From: Antedon mediterranea
Taxonomy: Eukaryota; Animalia; Echinodermata
Assembly: GCF_964355755.1 (NCBI RefSeq)
Contig: NC_092680.1
Span: 19,043,045-19,107,044, forward strand
DNA length: 64,000 bases
Direction of reading: 5' to 3'
Part shown: positions 29,046 to 38,852 of the stretch, in pieces
How positions within the stretch are numbered: the first letter of the stretch is position 1
Layout of the letters: every line of letters begins with the position of its first letter
Notes under the pieces: generated by a model
Seen by the model: only the letters and a program-made list of their open reading frames with translations
What the model was told of the DNA's origin: nothing
Databases searched by the model: none
Position numbers and translations under genes: made by a program

Positions 29046-29134
29046 CTGTTTTGTGGAAGAAGTTACTATTAATACTAAATAACACATGGTTAATATTACG
29101 AAGGGGTTGGAATCCTTGTTAAGCACCTCTCAAA

Positions 29135-29267
29135 AGCTTGGTTCCCACTAGGACTGAACGCAAGGACGTAAACGAATGACAAGCGACAGTTCGATTAATT
29201 CATCGCTTGGTAAACGCACTTACGTTGCGTTACGTCCTTGTGTTGCGTCTCTGGTGGAAACCAATCA
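29135..29267. mobile_element. MITE family B copy in NOL4 intron 2
   Basis: AGCTTGGTTCCCACTAG ... CTGGTGGAAACCAA; AACGCAAGGACGTAA/TTACGTCCTTGTGTT inverted arms. Confidence 0.83.
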
Positions 29268-29428
29268 TTATGAAAAATCAGTTAAATACTGTTCTTCCTA
29301 TCTAATCACTGTATTTGGTAACTATTAGGTCCATAATATTAACTTCCAATAAACATTATATCAGGATTAGTTATTAATTACCTTCTGCGTTAAACAATAT
29401 ATTTAAGTATGAGGTGTATGTAACTTAC

Positions 29429-29569
29429 AGCTTTGTATGTGCGCTTCTGTCCAGCGTGTTTACCCCCTCTACAATCTGATTCTACGTGAACTGCATAGAT
29501 GATGTCAAAAAAGTCTTCGACTACAGCTACACGCTTATAACCCCGATCAATTATCATTCCACTCGATTC
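29429..29569 (-). CDS. NOL4: NOL4-like coding exon 2 (47 aa; below the 60-aa cut-off of the ORF track)
   Basis: Manual translation gives ESSGMIIDRGYKRVAVVEDFFDIIYAVHVESDCRGGKHAGQKRTYKA, with the NOL4 motifs RVAVVEDFFDIIY and KHAGQKRTYKA. Acceptor TTCTTCAG| at 29571-29570; donor GCT|GTAAGT at 29428; phase 0/0. Confidence 0.95.
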
Positions 29570-29642
29570 CTGAAGAATAGAATATATGTTAATACAATAA
29601 AATATAGGTCTTTTATGAGGAAATGATGAGATGAGATATGAT

Positions 29643-29797
29643 AGTGGCGTCAGGATTTTTGCGACAGGAGGAGGGGGGGGGGGTGGGAGGGGCGCATGTC
29701 CTCATACGTTCCCCGGAGGATAAAAAAGGGGGTGGTGGTGGGGGGGGGGGGGCATATGGGTGTCAAGATGTGGGGGAAACATTGAACTGGCGCCACC
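29643..29797. mobile_element. G-rich MITE-like element
   Basis: Short inverted ends AGTGGCGTCAG / CTGGCGCCACC enclosing long G runs. Confidence 0.5.
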
Positions 29798-30734
29798 CTT
29801 GAATGATGGGGATTACTATGACAACAATAACGTGTAAACTGATGTTGATGATGACGATTATTTTATGATTTTCATTATTAAACAAAATACATCGCCATTG
29901 TGTGAATGCAGATTCAATGATGAGAATGAAGAAAATAAAGACAAAAATAAAATAATTTTTAAAATTAGAATATTTGAAAATTATTGTAAGTCTAATACAC
30001 AATATATGAATACTTATTGTATAGTATTAATAACGTCAAATAACGAAACAAAAACGTGTATGTTCAGATTTTAATGGTGTAATTTAAAAAGTATAATTTA
30101 TATTATATTCATTTGAATGATGATTTTTTTTTAGTAATGTCGTCAATCAAAAACCTTATCACTTCCAACGCTTATGATAAAACAATTTTCCTTTAATGTC
30201 CAATTCAATGACAATTACCAAGACTGATTCCATTTGCGTTAAAATGATTCAAATTGCCGTAGAGAAAACAAAACAATTACTGTCGCTTACAATTTTGATT
30301 TCTAGCTAAGAATTCTAAAATTACAGAACGCCCTCATCTATATAACAATTATTTTGAGCTAATAATTGTGGGTAATGTCACGAACTTTTGCCTTAATTCG
30401 TTGATGGCGCTGTAGCTATATTTTGGATCATCAGGCTGCAATAATGTGTTTATTTGTTTCGGTAAGCCAATTTATACAATCATGAATAAAATAGTTAACT
30501 ATTTCTATCAGTGATACACTATCGACTTTTAAGGGCCAGAAATAATGATGTAATAGTAATTAGTCACCTGTGACGCGCAATGTGCGTAGATAAAAGAACA
30601 GTTACACCACCCCGACCAAATAAAAGCAACCAAAAACCAACAATATGTATAAATAACTCCATGAACCAACCAAACGCAACCGATAAACCAAGATTAGTAA
30701 CAAACGACACATAATGAAGTGCATGCCCTATAAC

Positions 30735-30970
30735 CAACCAGCCGATACCCTTCACACTATTATTATTCAGTTGGACAAGTTGGGAAATGCATCAACAAAT
30801 AAATTTCAATTGTAAATTATAGGGCATGCACTTCATTTTACAATTGTTATTCCCCCTCCCCCAACCAATTTCAAAATCCTTTATCTGCAACTTATTTGAC
30901 CACCAGTAAACGATGAACCACCATAACTTAAACACAAAACAACCAGCCGATACCCTTCACACTATTATTA
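30735..30970. repeat. 30-bp direct repeat about 206 bp apart
   Basis: AACCAGCCGATACCCTTCACACTATTATTA at about 30737 and about 30941. Confidence 0.75.
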
Positions 30971-32429
30971 TGTATTACTTTTTCAGTATTGATTACCACG
31001 CAAAGAGAATGAACGATGTAATGTTCGTTCCCCTTATTGTGACGCCTCATTTCACCCTTTTGTCCGCTTTATTACGCGTCAATACACGCAAACAAAACAC
31101 GGTCGCGTGCCAAACTATATCCTCTTGGGATGATCGTCTATTTGCTACGATTAAGTTACGTACGCGAATGACTGGCTTAGGTTAGGTTAGAAAACGTTAT
31201 TGTACCACAAAATAAACTATACAGTACATTCATTTTGGTTTATAATATAATATGTATAAATAACAAAGCTTAGGACTTTGGCTGCGGAGACTCTGGCCTC
31301 ATCAGTCAAGTATTATTAAACTCGTTAGATGGGACGCGCTAATCGAACGACGGCCGGTTTCAACAATAATATTTTCCGGTGTACGAACAATGACAGGATA
31401 GTTATTTTAAGAATAAATGCATTAGAGTATATTAATATTGATTTGGTAGTTATATTGGAATTTGACCTATGCAACGCTATACTGATACTTTTATTTATGG
31501 GATACTGGTGTATTTTTCGTTTGAAATTTACTGTACTGTAAAACATCGAACAGTTAATTTCATTTTATATCGCGCAGCGGACAATAAATATTAAAAATCC
31601 ATATAAAAAACGACAAACTCCACAGGTGGATGATGGCTTAATCTCTAAATTGTCTACACTGTAAAAAAAAACTAAATTAAGGCGTGTCTGAAAACAGGTT
31701 AACGTTCATTATAATTTTCAATTCCTATACAATAGGTTTGCATAATAGCTATTTGTATCACTCTGGGACAATAAACCGGGAAAGGGAATATAGACAAAGT
31801 GTAATGCAATATTGTAGTCGGATATAACGACCCATCGCTAGCCCATTAGTTATGTCTTGAAGCAGTGAGGCAGTATTGGATCGATATCACCCTGCATAAT
31901 GAAGGTACGGGTCGGGTCAGTCGGCCTCGTGCTGAGCACAACACACTTTATGTGCAAATGCATCAAATGCTTTCAACAAGACAAATCTCAATTGTCAAAG
32001 TACATTTTGTCACGTGCCGTGCGCCTATTGTTTTGCATGGTTAATAATTAGAATTCGGTAGGAAAGCGGAGATGATTTTTCTCTCCATCCATTCATTAGT
32101 ACACGGCGTTCTATCGGACGCTGGAGCTGATTATGCATGCTGTAGGATGATATTCCGTATTAATGTATGTGGTACGATCGGTAGATAGAAAACCCCATTA
32201 GCGGTATCAAACGCTTTAGTTTCAATGAAAGCGTGTGTTACGAGTATATCATTATGTGGCTGATTACTACTGCGTTTTTCAGATCTAGCAATATCTTTAT
32301 TTTTACATCATTAAACTGTAGCATTGATCATATTTTGTTTAATACACTGAATGTTAAATATCGTATAATCCAATAAGACATGAAAAGCCGATGTTATCTT
32401 TCAAATTACGTCTCTCATGTATCGCGAGA

Positions 32430-32821
32430 GAATGAATGTCGTATTTAAAATTCGCATTTGCAAACTCGTGTCGTGACGCCAAGTTGTAACGTCAGTGACA
32501 CGTAGAATGAATGTCGTACTTAAGATTCGCGTTTGCAAACTCGTGTCGTGACGCCAAGGTGTTGTAACGTCAATGACACGTAGAATGAATGTCGTACTTA
32601 AGATTCGCGTTTGCAAACTCGTGTCGTGACGCCAAGGTGTTGTAACGTGTGATACACGTAGAGTGAATACCGTGCATATGTGCGTTTGCTAACTCGTGTC
32701 GTGACGCCAAGGTGTTGTAATGTGTACACGTGAGACATGTAGAATGGATACCGTGCATATGTGCGTTTGCTAACGCGTGTCGTAACGTCGAAGGACCTGC
32801 CGCAACGTCAGTGAGACGTAA
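32430..32821. repeat. ~74-81-bp minisatellite, about 5 units
   Basis: Unit AGAATGAATGTCGTACTTAAGATTCGCGTTTGCAAACTCGTGTCGTGACGCCAAGGTGTTGTAACGTC..., diverging progressively along the array. Confidence 0.9.
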
Positions 32822-32862
32822 ATCAGACTGTTAGACAGACTATAGAAAATGGATATTTTGAG

Positions 32863-32894
32863 ATGCGTTGTGTCCTGCTAGTGGCAACCAAGGT
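32863..32894. mobile_element. MITE family B right-end fragment
   Basis: ATGCGTTGTGTCCTGCTAGTGGCAACCAAGGT|TTA. Confidence 0.5.
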
Positions 32895-33547
32895 TTACTA
32901 ACGGTATTCACGACGCGTCACAGTTCACACATTCGAATAATGTTCACACTAATTTATCTCCGTAAGTCTGATAAAAATGATAGTTGATGAATATCACAAT
33001 TTGCGAAACACAAGAATCTAATATATACCATGTGACGTCATTACTAAACGAGAATCACCCTTGTGGCATGGAGTAGGATGATTTTTTTTGTAATTAAATA
33101 TCATCGTCTTCCGTCACGTCACAAAAAAACCCACTAGTTATTTTTTTAACACCAAATTATCAATCAAAAATGAGGCCTAAAATTACTTTTATAATAATTG
33201 ATGGCAGGGTGGCGTGTTTGCCGCCGATGCCCAGACTGCTTCGAAGAACAGAGAATATTATCTGGACAGGCAAAACACCTGGTGGATGAACGAAAACCAT
33301 ATTGAGAGACTCTGAATTAACATCATTTTCACCCATGTATTTGAATATGAATTGATTGAACAAATAATGTATAATAATAAAAGTCAATAATAGTAATAAT
33401 AATTATATAGGCCTAATGGCAATTGTGAAAGGTACTTGACTGTCGCTAATTATAGCTCTCAGTTCCATATACCCCTATAATGGTATCGTGTCCATTTTTA
33501 AAGTATCAGCGTGTCCACGTGTGTAATGTATATAAATGTCCGGGATT

Positions 33548-33863
33548 ATTGATTGAAATTGATTGAAATATATATTTATACTGGGTAACCAAAGACTGGT
33601 CTCCCAGAGGGCCCAGTTGGTGATCAGTGGCTGTGATGTACTAATACACCGGGGTAACCCCCTACTCGTCTCGAAAGATGTACTAGGTTCTTTAAAGTGC
33701 ACACGAGCTAGATGTGTACACTGGACCTACGGTTTATAGTCCTTATCCGAGAAGACTCGTTCTACCACCAGAACCATGGAGTGAGTGAGCCTCGAACCCC
33801 TGCCGATGTTATGGCTACGTAATTACGGTTCCACTGTCTTAACCGCTCGGCAACTCACTCACC
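33548..33863 (-). mobile_element. tRNA-derived SINE with Deu/Nin-like core, near full length
   Basis: On the minus strand: A box (TTGCCGAGCGGTTAAG), B box (GGTTCGAGGC), core GGATAAGGACTATAAACCGTAGGTCC...AAAGAACC...GAGTAGGGGGTTACCCCGGTGT resembling the Deu domain as recalled, and a simple-repeat tail. Highly similar to 57693-57988. Confidence 0.82.
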
Positions 33864-35607
33864 CGTATTGGTATTATTTACCATAGACGTTGGTTTCGCT
33901 AACTTTAGTTGCGGTATTTTACGGTATTAATGTTATGAACTAATTCACTCATACACACTTCTGTATGGCCACAGTACGTTATTTATAACAATGAATGCAA
34001 ATTCATTGGCTTTCGCGAATTATGTTCAAATGGTCCAATAATTCAATTTTACGCATTTTAAACATTTTTTACGAATTTAGTTCTGTAGTATTGATTTTTC
34101 CCAGATATTTATTCGATATGGTGTACTCATGAAGCCTAGGTCAACCCTTGAGTAAGTTTTGCCCTTCTAAAGCCTGTAGGCTCAAGATTGTCAATAAAGC
34201 TTTTCACAAGATTTTCCTGATGAAAATGTATTGCAAAATTAATCCTTTCTTGTGACCAGTCGGTGAACACAGGGTCAGCGCAAGGGCACGTCAACGGAGA
34301 CGAAATTCTGAGAGGATCGCACAAGTTCTCGTGTGACGTTAGCATCGATGTCGTCTAATGACGTAGGATAATCTTAAGAGAACTACATCACCAAGACAAA
34401 ATAGAATCCAATTATAACGATGTAGTTTATGAATTCGTGTCACTTGCAAAAAATGAAGCCAGAAGGCTGGAATCAGCATAAGGCGAAAAAGTCGAGTTCT
34501 GTCAAAATATATTCGGGATTTGGCGCACGACCCATGGTTACAGATATCTCAATTCTCTGACGTAGAAATATTGATATAGACATTTCGGTTGATTAATATG
34601 ACAGTAACAACAGGATAGCTAAGTAGTATAACTTACGCATAATGTAACACATTTTCCGGAGGCGTAATATTCTTTCTGCTTTGGGTTGAACGAGAGATAC
34701 GAAATAAAGGGACTGGGACAAAAAACAATTACGATGGCTCTTCCCGGCCTGTCATCATCATACGCATTGAGATTGAGAACACAAAAAAAAAACCTTAAAT
34801 AAAACCCTTAAATGAATAATATATATTCTATCCCTGAACCCTTAGATATTAAACTTCGAATAATTTTACAATATTAGTTTTATTATTAGACTAACTATAA
34901 ATTAGGCCTATATCTCGTATTATTAATATAAAATTAGGCTTTATGATTTAAAAAAAAATCGTTTTAATGAACCACCACCATTTCGTAGTATAGATATGAA
35001 TAACAACAATAATAACGCTGATTAATCATGTTTACCATGTTCATTGATTTATATACGGCAGCTAATCCACTATACCTCCAATAAGTCGCAAGATTCCAAT
35101 TCTTGCCTCGGATTGGCATTTACACCGACTCCATACCTCTTCTACTTCAATAATTATAATTGATTTTCCCTCTTTGTTTTTATAGTTCTTATTCCGTATC
35201 CACGCTTCAATGCCGCAATGAAGACATTGTGGTTCTTCGTCGATCTTACTAGTGACGTCATCATTATTTCAACTACTGTGAAAATTGATCAAGGCTGATG
35301 ATTGCGTCCCGTGTTGCTTGGTAACCGTTTCACAACAACACACGAGAATACAATCGGTAAAAAGTATTAAAATGAGGAATTAAAAGAAAATCCTATGACG
35401 ATAATACTAATAATAATAGATATAATATGGGAGGTCCCTGCACCATCATGGAATATAGTTAGGCCTATAGTAATATCAATCGGAACCTACCCGGTAGCGT
35501 AGATATTCAATAAATATTGAACTTTCGACTTTATAATAATGGGCTCTCCCCCTGAACGAAAATAGATCGTCCGGTTGATGAATATATTGACAGTAAAAAA
35601 AACCGTA

Positions 35608-35943
35608 TACGTGCGCCAACATGTGTATTTTTACGTGCGCCAACATGTGTATTTTTACGTACGCCAACATGTGTATATTTACGTACGCCAACATGTGTAT
35701 TTTTACGTACCCCAATAAGTGTATTTTTACGTACGCCAACATGTGTACTTTTACGTACGCCAACATGTGTATTTTCACGTACGCCAACATGTGTATCTTT
35801 ACGTACGCCAACATGTGTATTTATACGTACGTCAACATGTTTATTTTGACGTACGTCAACATGTTTATTTTTTACGTACGCCAAATGTGTATTTTTACGT
35901 ACGCCAACATGTGTATTTTTACGTACGCCAACATGTGTATTTT
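35608..35943. repeat. 24-bp minisatellite (ACGTACGCCAACATGTGTATTTTT), about 14 units
   Basis: Seen directly; produces the four 8-aa-periodic ORFs at 35476-36007. Confidence 0.95.
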
Positions 35944-37476
35944 TGGTGTTGTTTGCGATGGGACTTTGAGGGTGAATAAAGACGAAAAACGACAAATATT
36001 TTTATGATCTAAAATCTTTTTTAAGTACACAGGCTGCTCTTACTAAATTCAATGAACTTTACATTTTGAATGTTGCAATTAATATTAATTACACATTAAC
36101 GTTCCACTCGTAAAATAGTAAAATGTCAACAAGGCAAACAATTGGAGTCAATAATTAATACAAGCATTCATGTGTAGGCCTACTATGGGTAAGAACGGTA
36201 CAAACGCTACAGGCCTAATACTGTCAAACTATGTTAAATGCCAAATAGGCCTACTTGTATTGGTTCCCCAAGTAGTAGCGATTTATTTAAAATTGGCGCG
36301 CGTTAACATTTTGTCGATTTATGTATGTATATTGATTCGTTGTGTTGTGTCTTCAAAGATAATAAGCCCCATTCAGACTTAATTATTTGCCCGGGTATAT
36401 TCGCTAATTAGCGATAATGTAGTCTGAACCGACCAAGTATCCCAAATGTACACAATCATAAACAATGTAATACTGTTTAATTTCATGACTTATTCTAAAC
36501 AGCCACACGCTCGGTCCTCATGTTTTTTTTTTTTGGCCATAAACAACAATCTGATAAAAGAATAATTTTCCTGGTAGGAGGCTTTCATATACAAATAATA
36601 CCGTCAACATGTCGTAATTAGCGAAGCGTGGCACGCGAAAAAAAAACACATTGCTTTCGAATAAAGGAATAGGTAGGAAAAAGAGGCATTATTCATTGAT
36701 GTAAATGCAATAAAACTGTGATATACCGTGAAAGTGTAATACACAGTTTATACATTGCAAACAAACAAAAACTAACCATTTGAAGAAACACTGGAAGATG
36801 CATTAACACGACACAAACATCAACAAGTGACTCAATTGTCTTAGCGCGTACAACGCGTAAATGATAAAGCTATACCATCCCATAAGTGCGTCAATATGCG
36901 TCTTTGCGCGTACATTAAACGAGTCACCTTATGGGCTAAAATAATATTTCCATGATTCTTTTCTTGAAAATTGATTGCCTATTGTCGGAAGAGGAGTTTA
37001 ACTTAGGAAACAGGTATTTGGAATATTAATATTATTAAATTATTTTTTATCAGTAAGAGTATTACATATTTCTATTTCCTAATTAAACTAATAATAATAA
37101 AGTCATGGTTTGATTTGAAAACAGTCAATGACTTAACCGCGTCTGTAAAAAAAAAAAATAGGCCTAAATCCAAAAGAGTAACCACTGATAGTAGGCCTAT
37201 CTATTCATTTATTTATTTATTTATTGACTGTATACAAACCACATACAGTACATATATTAAATAATTTATATTGAACGTTATAATTTGTTGTATATAATGT
37301 TTATTAATTAATGAATCAAGTCTCAAATTAAAAAAAACTAATTACTCATTAATGTAAAGCCTTTCCCCAAAATTAATGAACTAACAAACATACAGGATAA
37401 AAGAGAAACTATTTATTAATTTATATAATTATTAATATTATTATTATTAATAATAAATAATTTTAGGTTTTCTTAC

Positions 37477-37752
37477 TGTTGACTTGACAGGAACATAAAT
37501 GACGTCATCGGTCACTTCGGAGGTATCACTCTTTTCCGGTCCCAACTTAAATCCTTTTGCTTTTAACCAAAAACGAAATTTCGCATTTTCTGTTGTCGGA
37601 GGCTCGTCTCCTCTTAGAAATCCGGCAATCCGGTTATATTTTTTCTGCGTTACCGTCTTTGTTTTAGCTCCTTCTCCATAATTTAATTCAGCCCAAGCTT
37701 GGTACGTTATTTTTATCTCCTCCTTCGTTAAAACTGGATCCATCGCCGACAT
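37477..37752 (-). CDS. NOL4: NOL4/NOL4L-like nucleolar protein 4, coding exon 1 (92 aa)
   Basis: MSAMDP...YQAWAELNYGEGAKTKTVTQKKYNRI...TENAKFRFWLKAKGFKLG...VIYVPVKST matches the NOL4 N-terminus as I recall it (YGDSGKTKTVTRKKY...NAKFKFWVKSKGFQLG...YVPVKTT). It is followed by a phase-0 donor, ACA|GTAAGA, at 37476. Confidence 0.93.
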
Positions 37753-38110
37753 CTTTAATGCTCTCTATAAAATCAGACACAATAAGATAATTCCACACGG
37801 GTCGGTCCAGTGATGAATATATATTTTTTATTAGACTTGCCGTCAATAAACGAACGTTGGGATGGGAGAAGATTGCTGTAAAGTCGTGTGTTGATTCGTT
37901 TCACCTGCTAATAGTTTTCGTTACACTGTGGCTAGCACGGTGAAAACACTATAGCAGACATCAAATATTCAGGTTTCGGACAAAATGACTTGAATACATA
38001 ATGAGCACGTTACGAGGGGCCTTGTACATTCACTATCGGCCAGGATGGTAACGCGTGCGCTGATTGGCTAGCGTAGACAAAAGTATCTATGTGACGTCAC
38101 GATGATGCCA
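37753..38110 (-). promoter_or_regulatory. Putative 5' UTR / proximal promoter of the NOL4-like gene
   Basis: Lies directly upstream of the ATG. Contains an AGCCAATCA CCAAT box on the minus strand (38061-38069) and a palindromic GTGACGTCAC CRE (38091-38100). The TSS cannot be located from sequence alone. Confidence 0.45.
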
Positions 38111-38822
38111 GCTGTCCCATTTTGGAATATTTCATATTCATATCATTATAGTAATATACGCGGGGAATTTATCGCTTGGTGGATTTCAGGTGGAATTGTG
38201 TCGTGTGGCTTGTAAAGGCTTATCGATCGACGTAATTACAACGAACGTCCCGGGCTAAGCCATCGCAGGCAAACGACTTCACGCCGTTTCTCCATTTTAG
38301 AATACACAATATTGTAATAAGCATGATACGCAATTAAAGAAGCTTAGCTAGGCTATAGCATATTGGCGGTTATGATGATATAGCCTGCGCGACGGTTGAT
38401 TGCGATCGCATATCGCCTTACATACCAGCGACTTTTTACAGGACTATATTTCCACGTTTGCGCCAAGAAAGGTTTCTTTTGTAGGACAATTATGTTCTCA
38501 CTTGGCCAAGCAGATCAATAAACGAACTAATGTGACTTTCTAAGATGCGTCGGTAAGACGACGTGATATTGCTGCCTTCGTGAACATGCAACCGATTAAT
38601 AATATTATTCTAGGCCTAGAGTCATAAATTCACTCTCTTCTTGACGACACAATAATGTCTGGCATAATAATTAAACCTAGAAGAAAATGTAACCAATATA
38701 TTATTCTTTTCATACTGCAATATTAACGTATAATAACAAAGTGAGCTTATTAAAGATTGTGAGAGTCATCTATAAAATCTCCCATTTGAGCTACCACAGA
38801 TTCATAATGTTTTGTGTTAAAT

Positions 38823-38852
38823 CATGGAGTAATACTTAGTTATTACTCCATG
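38823..38852. mobile_element. 30-bp micro-palindrome with perfect 7-bp flanking direct repeat (candidate transposon footprint)
   Basis: GTTAAAT|CATGGAGTAATA-CTTAGT-TATTACTCCATG|GTTAAAT. Confidence 0.65.

Noticed and set aside
29046-29126. N-terminal extension of ORF 28701-29126 (MLNKDSNPF...)
   Set aside because: Intronic read-through upstream of the CAG acceptor; homology starts at IAETY.
33780-33863. Possible tRNA gene (A and B boxes)
   Set aside because: It continues into a SINE core and tail repeated three times in the window, so it is a SINE head rather than a tRNA.
35476-36007. Four long overlapping ORFs with 8-aa periodicity
   Set aside because: They are translations of the stop-free 24-bp minisatellite on both strands.
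37447-37476. C-terminal VRKPKIIYY of ORF 37447-37752
   Set aside because: It lies beyond the GTAAGA donor and is intron 1 sequence.
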